26,380 nt of DNA from a virus (lineage: Duplodnaviria > Caudoviricetes). The translations under genes and the position numbers were made by a program. Shown in pieces: positions 17,717 to 26,150 of the stretch; positions within the stretch are counted from its first letter, which is position 1, and each line of letters starts with the position of its first letter. The DNA lies in the IMG/VR virus record IMGVR_UViG_3300031951_001046, positions 1-26,380 of that record; one strand, written 5' to 3'. The notes beneath the pieces are model-generated. The model did no database searches, had not been told where the DNA came from, and worked only from the letters and a program-made list of their open reading frames with translations.

Positions 17717-20656
17717 TTACGCGGGCATGTAGCGCATTGGGTTAATTTCTCTACCTTGCTTGGTTGTACCTGTGCGAGCCTTGCGAACCTTGTCCATCAT
17801 TGCGTAAAGGTTCTTGGCACCGACCTTCTGTGTAACCATCGGCTCAATAATTGCTTCACCATCCGCTACGCGGGCGCGTTGTCTGCCCTCGATGTGCGTT
17901 GGGATGGAGTCGCTCATTCCATCTCCGGGACCTTTAATAGGCTTAGCCCCGTATTTTTTAGCCAGAGCTTTAAGTCCAGCATCTGTGCTGCCGTTACCAA
18001 GGTGCGCAACGACGTCAGCAGGGACAATGAAGCTGCCTTCTTTCAGACCGCCAGCGGCTAAATCTTCGCCCGGCTCATCTGTCACCATCACGCCGCCTTC
18101 AGCACCAAAGTTAATCGGGTACTGCCGCATAGTTGCGTAGGCTTGCTCACGTTGGAGTCGACGACGCTCTTCTTCCTCTGCCAAGGCACGGGCGTAGTCT
18201 TCTTCGTAGTTCTTCTGGTCTTGATAGCCTTTAATTGCTGATACAGCTTGTGTGCCAGCAAAAAGTGCTTTAGCCGGGGTGTCGATGCCAACAGCTTTAG
18301 CGCCTTCTTTAGCAATATCAAACATGGCGCTACCTAAATCGGGGGGAGCGCCAGCAGGTACTGAACTGCTAGGAAAGGAGATATCTGAGATTGGAGCAGC
18401 AGGCGCACTTCCAGCAAGTTCACCGCCAATAGGAGGAGCGCTAACAGGAGGAGCGGCACCGGCAACTTCCCCACCAACAGGAGGAGTTACACCTTCAGCA
18501 CCGGTCATTCCACCTACACCGCTAACAATTTTGCCACCAATATACGTAGCAGCGGCTGCAGTTGCAGCACGCCCAAAATCAAATGTCTTTTCTTTATTCT
18601 GAAGACCTGCAACAAGCGCTGCGCCAATTGGACCACCAAAGTAGGCGCCAACAATCGTACCAATTGGGCCAAGACCGCGAGCCACCTTGCGGACAGGTTT
18701 CAGGAAATTCTTCCAAGCCTTATCCAGCCAACCAAACTCAGGCAAACCGGTATAAGGGTTAATCGTGCCCGAGCCGCCCATCTGCATAGCCAACGCCTGA
18801 AGTCCAGCAACTTCGTTAGGCGTCATGTGGACCAACATAGTATCGTCGCCACGACCAGCACTCTGAACTTTCTGAGCTAAACCAGCAATACCGCCATCAG
18901 CCATTCCAACATAACCGCCCTGTCTGCCTTCATACTCAGAACCGGGTTCGTTAGATCTTCCTCCGGCTGTTGTACCTGGTGTAGTAGAAGTAGTTGGTGT
19001 GGTTGGTGTTATTACCGTAGTGCCGGGGGTAGTTGGAACGACAGCAGTAAACGGATTAAACCTATCAACCGGAACAAAATCACGCGGATCAAGATAGTTT
19101 TGAGACGCTTCTAACGTGGCTCGAACATCTGCCGCTGCTTGCCCAGCCGGAGACACATTAAGTGCAGGACGTGGAGGTGTTGCAGGCACGCCAGCATAAG
19201 GTGCAGGAGCAGCAATACCAAGAATATTAGGTGCGCCAGGAGCAGCACCGCCAAGTAAAGGACGATCTGCATACGTTTGGAATGGCGTTGGTAACGGCGC
19301 TGGTCCGGAAGGACGAATTGCTAAAATATCGTCAGCTTCTTTCTTAGTCATTCCCGGTGTTACGCCAAAGAACTCAGGCGTAAGGCTCTGCCGTGTGACA
19401 GGAGGCGCATTTCCTAAACGAGTGCCTAAGTTATTTAGCGTATCTTGCGTATAAAAAATATTACGCGGCACTGCGGCACGCATAGCTTCTTCAGTAAACG
19501 GATACGCTTGCCCAGTAGCCTGTGCTGTCTGCCCAATTAAACGAGTAGAAGGGATTGTGCCAAGCGTCAAACCATTTTGAATAATTGACTGCGTGACCAG
19601 CTCGTTACGGGCAGAAGACTCAGCTAACGCCGCGACCGGATCCGCATCCTCGCCAATCTGAATACCCATGTTATTGAGAATAACGCGAGCCTGTGGAGCA
19701 CTGAGCGTTGAATAGATCTCGCTCCAAGGCATCGTAGTGCCAGCAGGAGCGTTAAGGATCTTGGATTCGATCTCATTATATTTTGCCTGAGTTAATGCGC
19801 CAGAACTAAGCGCTAAATTCATAGCGCCACGGACGTTAGCCGCTTGAAGAACATCGTCTCCAGAAATGCTAGTAAACGTACCATCTGGATTAGCGCGAGA
19901 AATTACAGGACGTCCTGTAACTGGGTTTGTGAATTGAATGTATTGCCCAGCTTGAGTCTGAGATACGTTAACCAGATTAGCTCTTTGCTCAGGCGATAGA
20001 TCAAATAAATATGGGTTTTCAGAAGCATACAGACCTGCGTATGGATCAGCGCGGAGTGCTTCGAGATCCATTGATGTATACCCACCTTCAGGAGCAGCGG
20101 CTGCAGCGGCAATATCTTTTCCAGAAGCAGCTGCACGAAACGCGTCGCTTAACGCGCCAATGCCAGAGGAAGCTTTGTCCTCTTCACCCATCCAATATTG
20201 AAAACCCGCTTGATCTGGGTCACGTCCAAAGTTTTGCCGGTATGAACTGACAAGGCGCTCAGCGTCGTAGTTGTAGCCTTCAGTTGAACGATCAAGATCG
20301 GCGCTAATTTTATTAATATCAGCTTCGCCAGCAAGTACTTTGTCTGTGTAGTACTTTAAACCTGCGTCATCAGCTTTACGGCCAAGCTGCTCTTCGTAAG
20401 CGGCTTTAATTGCTTTCTCAGCAATTTCTTTACTGTCAACTTCTTTAACGTCTTGACCACCAGCAGCGCCACCAATTTGGGCGTATGCTTCAGCACGTGT
20501 TTTGCCTTGTAACGCTTCGGTCCAGTACTTAAGCCCGTCGTCATCTGGACGGCGACCAAACAGGTCTTCGTAAATGCCGATAATTTCCCCGCCGGTAACA
20601 AACCGTTTGGGTTGTTTTTTTAGGGACGCTAGTCCGTAAGCGGAAGATTTAGACAT
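17717..20656 (-). CDS. Putative internal virion protein (979 aa): DUF4214-like repeats, P/T linker, GRGDDTMLVHM domain and tape-measure-like C-terminal module
   Basis: Three [LF]GR.[PA]D..G..Y[WY] repeats. GRGDDTMLVHM..GTINPYTGLPEF followed by a hydrophobic Gly-rich segment. C-terminal FIVPADVV / GPGDGMSDSIP / DGEAII..NLYAMM. Confidence 0.7.
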   Translation of the reverse strand: MSKSSAYGLASLKKQPKRFVTGGEIIGIYEDLFGRRPDDDGLKYWTEALQGKTRAEAYAQIGGAAGGQDVKEVDSKEIAEKAIKAAYEEQLGRKADDAGLKYYTDKVLAGEADINKISADLDRSTEGYNYDAERLVSSYRQNFGRDPDQAGFQYWMGEEDKASSGIGALSDAFRAAASGKDIAAAAAAPEGGYTSMDLEALRADPYAGLYASENPYLFDLSPEQRANLVNVSQTQAGQYIQFTNPVTGRPVISRANPDGTFTSISGDDVLQAANVRGAMNLALSSGALTQAKYNEIESKILNAPAGTTMPWSEIYSTLSAPQARVILNNMGIQIGEDADPVAALAESSARNELVTQSIIQNGLTLGTIPSTRLIGQTAQATGQAYPFTEEAMRAAVPRNIFYTQDTLNNLGTRLGNAPPVTRQSLTPEFFGVTPGMTKKEADDILAIRPSGPAPLPTPFQTYADRPLLGGAAPGAPNILGIAAPAPYAGVPATPPRPALNVSPAGQAAADVRATLEASQNYLDPRDFVPVDRFNPFTAVVPTTPGTTVITPTTPTTSTTPGTTAGGRSNEPGSEYEGRQGGYVGMADGGIAGLAQKVQSAGRGDDTMLVHMTPNEVAGLQALAMQMGGSGTINPYTGLPEFGWLDKAWKNFLKPVRKVARGLGPIGTIVGAYFGGPIGAALVAGLQNKEKTFDFGRAATAAAATYIGGKIVSGVGGMTGAEGVTPPVGGEVAGAAPPVSAPPIGGELAGSAPAAPISDISFPSSSVPAGAPPDLGSAMFDIAKEGAKAVGIDTPAKALFAGTQAVSAIKGYQDQKNYEEDYARALAEEEERRRLQREQAYATMRQYPINFGAEGGVMVTDEPGEDLAAGGLKEGSFIVPADVVAHLGNGSTDAGLKALAKKYGAKPIKGPGDGMSDSIPTHIEGRQRARVADGEAIIEPMVTQKVGAKNLYAMMDKVRKARTGTTKQGREINPMRYMPA

Positions 20657-20677
20657 GATCGGATTATCCTAGAACTG

Positions 20678-21850
20678 TCAAGGGGTTACAACCGCTGTAA
20701 CCACGGTGCCAACTTCGCCGCTGGCGGGTACCCCAACCGGCGTTACACGGGTTAAAGCCGCTACGGGGGCAGAAACATAAGCTACTGTGGCTATGATTGA
20801 TGGGGTGGCCGGGATAGCCGGGGTTGTGCCAGACGCTGAGACCGCGGGGAGAGCTTGAATAGTTGTGGCTGTATTGTAGGTATGCCACATAATTTCTATG
20901 TAATCATTTGCCGCTAAGTCAACAAAAAAGTTTAGGGCAGCAATTAAGTGGCCATCAATGCTTCCGTGTTTGTTTGGAACCGAATACTGGCTGTTGCTAT
21001 TCGCTATATCAGCAGATGAGCTAAAAACCCCGTTTTTTCTAAACCAAATGTCTATGTCGTGAATCTGCGAATCGGTGTTTACCAACTGGGCGCTAAACTG
21101 AATATTGTACCTTCCGGGGTAAGTAACCACTAACTTTGACGCCCTGCTTCCAGTAATTACGGTGCTGCTTACTGTCTGAGACACGCTTACGGAATAGGTT
21201 CCAACACCTCCGGGCGTTCCGGTTAGCTGGGTAATAATGTATGTATTAGCAGAAACCCCAGTCCCGGTAATAATCATCCCCGGCAAAATAGATCCAGCAC
21301 TATTGGCTGTAACCGTCAAAGTCGTTGTAGCAATTGATCCGGTAAATGTGGTTGTATGACTGCCAATGCTGACCCCATAGGAGTAATCCGTAGTGTCATA
21401 AGTCATGGCATAAGCCGTAGCTATGTTTCCATCCGCCTGATTTAAACTGCTAGAAAACGCTCCGTGCGGGAAATTTATTTGCCTACCTGATCCAGTAAAT
21501 AGGGACGCATTAGCCTGAGATGCAGTGATGTTGTCAAATACGCCAACACCCCCTTGGAAAGAGCCAGACCGAATTAGATTGCCTACAAGCGTCGTGAAGT
21601 CTCCATACTCGGCATCCATCGACCCGCCGGTAAATGTGCCAGCCGTCACATCGTTAGCCGTAACTGACTCACCAGTAAAATTACCACCTATAAACTGCAG
21701 CGCCCGATACGAGTTGGCTTGGTTCGGCGTCTGAGAGTCAAGCTGAGAGAAATACAAACCCAGAATACGCACGAGCTGCGTCATGTACTGCTGATCGTAC
21801 TGTCTGGTAGGCACAGGCAGCGGTGCTGCCCGGAACTTCTCCATTGCCAT
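20678..21850 (-). CDS. Putative tail fibre/spike protein with C1q/TNF-like C-terminal domain
   Basis: TAATG coupling to the upstream tail gene. FxGG/FTG repeats, then C1q-like strands GAF..., [19 protein letters not shown] and [13 protein letters not shown]. Confidence 0.65.
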   Translation of the reverse strand: MAMEKFRAAPLPVPTRQYDQQYMTQLVRILGLYFSQLDSQTPNQANSYRALQFIGGNFTGESVTANDVTAGTFTGGSMDAEYGDFTTLVGNLIRSGSFQGGVGVFDNITASQANASLFTGSGRQINFPHGAFSSSLNQADGNIATAYAMTYDTTDYSYGVSIGSHTTTFTGSIATTTLTVTANSAGSILPGMIITGTGVSANTYIITQLTGTPGGVGTYSVSVSQTVSSTVITGSRASKLVVTYPGRYNIQFSAQLVNTDSQIHDIDIWFRKNGVFSSSADIANSNSQYSVPNKHGSIDGHLIAALNFFVDLAANDYIEIMWHTYNTATTIQALPAVSASGTTPAIPATPSIIATVAYVSAPVAALTRVTPVGVPASGEVGTVVTAVVTP

Positions 21851-23739
21851 TAGCGGCGTCCGTCCGGTCTAGCATCAAGACGTGGGCTACCTAACTGCCA
21901 TGTAACTCCAAGGTCTTCAGAACTTACCTTCAAGGCCATCTGGCGGGCACGTGCTCGAATAAACACCTGGTCGGTGTAGACGTTGACTGAACTTTCTACT
22001 ACCGGTTGCCCATCAAACACATCCTGCTGATAGGTTGATCCTGGGAAGTTCCGGGGTCGGATTGCAAAGGTTACCTCTGGGGTATTAGCCGTAGACCCGC
22101 TGAAATTAACGTCTGGGATAATCCGTCGGCTGAGCATAAATTGATCACCATCAGCCAGATCAAAGTCTGAAGACTGGATGTACGCTTCCATCGGCAATCC
22201 GTTAGCATCGACTCCACGCTCATGATCAAAAAGCAGGTTTTCGTAGCCTACAGCTTGAGGGTAAGTTCGCAGAGGATTATCTAGCCACGCCGTACGAGGC
22301 ATATCACCATAAAACCAGACGTTTTCCATGTAGTTGTACACCACATACTTGTCGACTGTATTTGAATTTGCGCTTGGGTAGAACCACCAAATTTCGTGAT
22401 ACCCCTCGTTTGTGCCGCAGATAATCTGATCAGTCTGGTTGTAGTTCAGGTTGTTGAACACATGGTTACGCAGTGTACAGGGGAGCGTTTCAACCCGTCC
22501 AGAGTAGGCAAAGAATTTATCCTGACCCATCCAATAGGTCACGTTATTGGCAGAAATAACCGCCCGCGGTCCGATGATTGAGATGTTATCGGCGTATTCC
22601 TGAAGGCCAAACACATCAATGGTACCCAGATACTGCAGAGAGTACAGGTGAGATTCTGTAAAGACTAGGATTTCCTGCCGAACCGCCAACGCCCGAACAA
22701 TCGCAGACCCACGCGAGACTCGGAGGAATCCAGCGGAATTAGTTGGGGTTGGCGTCCAGTTCGCAGGATCGTCCTGATTCGCCCATCTAATGAGAAGAGG
22801 ATCGAAAGCACCACCCCCAAAAGGGGTAGCACCAAAGGCCAGAAGATGTTTGTCGTTCTGCGATACAAGAACTTGCATAGCTTCTGAAGGAACATCGCTC
22901 GCTCCCGGTAGAGAAGATAGCGCCACCGCACGGGTAGCCAAGGCAGTTGTGGGATTTACAGTAGTGCCGCGTACCCAGTAGTAAATACCTCCATTACGGA
23001 TATTCATCACTAAGTCATTGTCAAACTGGTCAAACCACCAGTCACGCTGCAACTGCACAAGCGGAGTCTCAGTACCTGACCCCCAAGCGCTACGGCTCCA
23101 AGTGCCAACACCCCAACCATAGCCATATGTAGTTACATCAAACCCAATAGGAATCTCATAGGCACCTACAACAGCAGGACCACCATCGCCCGTATCAGAT
23201 GCGTTTGACTCTACGGGTAAACCCGTAACTGGGCTTTTGGCAATGATTGTATATGTATCAGTTGTGAGTACCTGCGCGATCTCGTAGTTCTGATTTAAGA
23301 CGCCTGCTGTAATTGCGCCGCCTAGCCCAGATGCGCCAGAAAAGGTTACAAAGTCCCCAGCCGCAGCACCGTGGGCCATATCCGTGACGGTAATCGTACT
23401 GCTAAAAGGCGCAACAGTATCGGCAGCAAAAGTTACCGCACCGGGAGCCGTAGTAGCCCGAAGTGGCGTGATGTCGGAATAGTTACCAGCAACTTCTATG
23501 TAAACTTTTTTGCTGGTACCCATGGCTAATAAGTTATCGCTATAGCTGGTGAACCAACCAAACATCTGGCGACAGACACCAACAAATGTCTGGGTTGTAG
23601 TGGCAAGCCAGCCACCTAGCTTCTGGGGGTACCCCGAACGGAACCGGATTTTGTCGCAGGCAAACCAACCGCCCTCGTTGGTATAGTTGGTCTGATCCCT
23701 GTTAACGCCCGGTCGAAACTGTAATTTTATAAAGGCCAT
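21850..23739 (-). CDS. Tail tubular/nozzle protein (P22 gp10-like DNA stabilisation protein)
   Basis: N-terminal [28 protein letters not shown], beta-propeller-like WD/WxxQ repeats and a C-terminal RARQMALKV...WQLG.PRLD. Size and position fit podovirus tail protein B. Confidence 0.75.
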   Translation of the reverse strand: MAFIKLQFRPGVNRDQTNYTNEGGWFACDKIRFRSGYPQKLGGWLATTTQTFVGVCRQMFGWFTSYSDNLLAMGTSKKVYIEVAGNYSDITPLRATTAPGAVTFAADTVAPFSSTITVTDMAHGAAAGDFVTFSGASGLGGAITAGVLNQNYEIAQVLTTDTYTIIAKSPVTGLPVESNASDTGDGGPAVVGAYEIPIGFDVTTYGYGWGVGTWSRSAWGSGTETPLVQLQRDWWFDQFDNDLVMNIRNGGIYYWVRGTTVNPTTALATRAVALSSLPGASDVPSEAMQVLVSQNDKHLLAFGATPFGGGAFDPLLIRWANQDDPANWTPTPTNSAGFLRVSRGSAIVRALAVRQEILVFTESHLYSLQYLGTIDVFGLQEYADNISIIGPRAVISANNVTYWMGQDKFFAYSGRVETLPCTLRNHVFNNLNYNQTDQIICGTNEGYHEIWWFYPSANSNTVDKYVVYNYMENVWFYGDMPRTAWLDNPLRTYPQAVGYENLLFDHERGVDANGLPMEAYIQSSDFDLADGDQFMLSRRIIPDVNFSGSTANTPEVTFAIRPRNFPGSTYQQDVFDGQPVVESSVNVYTDQVFIRARARQMALKVSSEDLGVTWQLGSPRLDARPDGRR

Positions 23740-23746
23740 GGTCAGC

Positions 23747-24217
23747 TCACAGTAATTTAGCTTCAGCTTTGCGGCGACGTATTAACCCAGGCAGCGGACC
23801 AAAGACGCCTTGAACAGTGCCGTTCACCCATCGCATCAACTGCTCTGCAGCCCCGTCCCAATTCTGTTCGTTTATTTTACGACGCAGCGTCGATCCGCGA
23901 TAGCGTCCTACACCTAAGTTATACGCAAAATCAGTCATGGCGGCAAGAGCCATTGGTTCTGTAATCAGCTTGGGAGATGCCTTAAGCACTCCTGCCATGT
24001 AGTTGTTCTTTAGTTCGTGCAGTAACCACTCTTCAGCGGTTTCCCTGGTTATGGGCGCATCCTGCATAGTTACCGTGGTTCCGTCTGGCTTGTAGACGGT
24101 TCCGTAGCCTATCGTTGGGTACCCAGCCGGGCAGACATAGGGTTTACTACTGAACCCCTCAAAGTGCCGACATAAATCCGCAGCCACGGTCAGGGCTTCA
24201 CCGATTGGCCCGGTCAT
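23747..24217 (-). CDS. Endolysin, GH24 (T4-type) lysozyme
   Basis: FEGF..PYVCPAGYPTIGYG gives an E-x8-C-x5-T triad. Also DFAYNLG, STLRRKIN and LPGLIRRRKAE. ATG 24217 overlaps the holin's 3' end. Confidence 0.92.
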   Translation of the reverse strand: MTGPIGEALTVAADLCRHFEGFSSKPYVCPAGYPTIGYGTVYKPDGTTVTMQDAPITRETAEEWLLHELKNNYMAGVLKASPKLITEPMALAAMTDFAYNLGVGRYRGSTLRRKINEQNWDGAAEQLMRWVNGTVQGVFGPLPGLIRRRKAEAKLL

Positions 24218-24668
24218 AAACCCGCCCAACGAACCAGAACGAAATAATCATAAACATAATGGTCACATCGTCTTGTGTCCACATCTTGACCAGCACTTCT
24301 TTCCAGTCACCGTTTTGATCTATTGCCAGTAGGTATGAAGCCAGCTTGACCGCAAAGTACGTACCCACAAAAGCATAAGTAATCATGGGACGGACCAAGG
24401 CAGAGATTGCCGCTACAGCTTTTCCGGCTGCAGTGGCGGTGCGGCTTTGCTCCTTGAACGCTTCTGCCATTGTGTCCATCTCAGCCATAGTCATAGCGGC
24501 TTCTACTTGGCGCATGGCAATCTCACCCCGGATCTTGGCAAACTCCATCTCTGCCTGAACCATAGCCAACTCATGCTTACGCTCATTAGCCCGGTCAAAG
24601 AGTTTAAACACCTCCGGAGCTAACCGGAGGATGCCACCAAATACGCCGCCAAGTAGGGTTTCTAACAT
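24198..24668 (-). CDS. Putative holin (3TM, GTA-holin-like)
   Basis: Hydrophobic N-terminus, coiled coil, VRPMITY transmembrane segment and IISFWFVGR end. Directly upstream of the lysozyme. Confidence 0.75.
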   Translation of the reverse strand: MLETLLGGVFGGILRLAPEVFKLFDRANERKHELAMVQAEMEFAKIRGEIAMRQVEAAMTMAEMDTMAEAFKEQSRTATAAGKAVAAISALVRPMITYAFVGTYFAVKLASYLLAIDQNGDWKEVLVKMWTQDDVTIMFMIISFWFVGRVYDRANR

Positions 24669-24669
24669 G

Positions 24670-24843
24670 TCACTTCATCTTCTTCAAAGTCTGCGCCAGT
24701 CGAGCGCGTTAACCTAACTTACCTGGCTTTTTAGCGGCTGCAGCCAACTTCTTGGCAGGGATGGTTTTACCAGCCTTAACGCCTAATGCACTACGCAGCG
24801 CACCGGGCTTCTTCACCGCTTTCTGAATCCATTTCTCTGCCAT
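24670..24843 (-). pseudogene. Small highly basic protein (57 codons) interrupted by an in-frame TAA at codon 45
   Basis: Manual translation: MAEKWIQKAVKKPGALRSALGVKAGKTIPAKKLAAAAKKPGKLG*RARLAQTLKKMK*. GGAG RBS 6 nt before ATG 24843. TAA at 24709-24711. The final TGA (24670-24672) ends 1 nt before the holin ATG. Confidence 0.75.
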
Positions 24844-24846
24844 GGT

Positions 24847-25263
24847 TTACTCCGGTTTAATTTCTACCCAAGACACAGTTTGTTCGTCCCATTGATATGG
24901 TTTGCCGTCGGTTGGGCGCGAAACAGGCGGTTTAAATGAGCATGTTTCTTCGTCAAAGGTCCAAGACGCCCATCCTGGGTATTCCACCCAGGCAGACTTA
25001 ATCTCATTTTGTTTTGCAGTCTTTTCTTCTGCAGTCATTGCACGAACGTGATGCACGTCTTTAAATGTATCGCCATCGCGCTCGTAAGTTACGCCTTCGT
25101 AAACTTCATACACTCCTGGTGTTGGTTGTGGAATGCGTTCAAATTTTGCAACCCAATCTGGAAGATTATTAAGGTCTACATGTGGAAAAGCGGCGCGGAA
25201 ATTGTCTTCCAAAATAGGATGCTCAAATGGCTGTCCGTTCTTGAGACGAATGTATAAGTTCAT
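24847..25263 (-). CDS. Hypothetical tail-fibre-associated protein (138 aa)
   Basis: ATG 25263 overlaps the upstream TAA (TAATG), which is better supported than the track's 25314 start. Trp-rich C-terminus SWTFDE..PPVSRP.DGK.YQWDE..SWV is common next to Gly-rich fibre genes. Confidence 0.7.
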   Translation of the reverse strand: MNLYIRLKNGQPFEHPILEDNFRAAFPHVDLNNLPDWVAKFERIPQPTPGVYEVYEGVTYERDGDTFKDVHHVRAMTAEEKTAKQNEIKSAWVEYPGWASWTFDEETCSFKPPVSRPTDGKPYQWDEQTVSWVEIKPE

Positions 25264-26150
25264 TACAGATTCCCCGTATTGGTGCTTGGAAACTGACGTG
25301 TAGTTCCGGGCCAAATAATACGGACTGCGCCTACACCACCGTTACCGCCAGAAAAAGCCGTACCGCTTGCATTTCCACCTCCAGCTCCACCACCGCCGTA
25401 AGCACCGCCAGCAACACCACCATAACTAGTGCCACTACCATTCGCGCCACCGCTACCGCCACCACCACCTTTATCAGAACCTGTGTCGCTTCCGATACCG
25501 GCAGTGCCGTTGGAGCCTTGGCCTAGAAGTCCGACGCCGCCTCCGCTCCCGCCAGCTAAGTAGTTGCCGTTAAAACCACCTTCGCCGCCACCGCCGCCAC
25601 CGCCTCCAGATCCAGCAGTTCCGTTTGCAGGTGGAATCGTGCCCCGCCCACCAATACCGCCATTACCAGCGTACCCACCAGCGCCACCACCGCCACCGCC
25701 TCGTCGCCCATTAGGCCCTTCCGTTGTAGATGCTGCACCGCCATTACCGCCACCAGCGCCTGTGTATGTTCCGCCCGGCACGCTCGTGACATTACCTCTT
25801 GTCCCGCCTCTACCATTGACAGTTGCCCAATTAGCGTAACTTTCCCCACCATCGGTTTGGTTGGTTGAATTACCCCCACCACCGGTCCCGCCTACTCCAA
25901 CAACCACGGTATACGAGTTCCCTGGAATTACCGATACGTTGTTTCGATATCCAAGACCTCCACCGCCACCTCCAATAGCAGACCCGCCGTTCCAGCCACC
26001 ACCACCGCCACCACCGCCAACAGCAACAACTGAAACACTTGTCACTCCAGCGGGGGCAACCCAAGAGTAAGTTCCAGCAGTTGTATATGCCTGCTGTCCA
26101 GGAGGGGGGCCAAACGAATTAGCCGCGAATAGATTCTGTATTCCGCTCAT
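25263..26150 (-). CDS. Glycine-rich tail-fibre/receptor-binding domain protein
   Basis: YTTAGTYSWVAPAGVTSVSVVAVGGGGGG...V.PG.SYTVVVG.GG...GG.GAVRIIW is the typical Gly-rich domain framework. ATGA overlap with the upstream gene. Confidence 0.8.
   Translation of the reverse strand: MSGIQNLFAANSFGPPPGQQAYTTAGTYSWVAPAGVTSVSVVAVGGGGGGGGWNGGSAIGGGGGGLGYRNNVSVIPGNSYTVVVGVGGTGGGGNSTNQTDGGESYANWATVNGRGGTRGNVTSVPGGTYTGAGGGNGGAASTTEGPNGRRGGGGGGAGGYAGNGGIGGRGTIPPANGTAGSGGGGGGGGEGGFNGNYLAGGSGGGVGLLGQGSNGTAGIGSDTGSDKGGGGGSGGANGSGTSYGGVAGGAYGGGGAGGGNASGTAFSGGNGGVGAVRIIWPGTTRQFPSTNTGNL

Noticed and set aside
7799-22981. Many 60-200 aa plus-strand and alternative-frame ORFs in the track (e.g. 9278-9892, 10282-10749, 16204-16671)
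   Set aside because: They lie wholly or largely within long genes, have S/R/L-rich shadow-frame composition and no recognisable motifs.
25263-26150. Dense CCG/CCA repeats and poly-Pro plus-strand ORFs as a repeat array, CRISPR or DGR
   Set aside because: Explained by Gly codons on the minus strand. There is no repeat-spacer periodicity, template/variable repeat pair or reverse transcriptase in the window.
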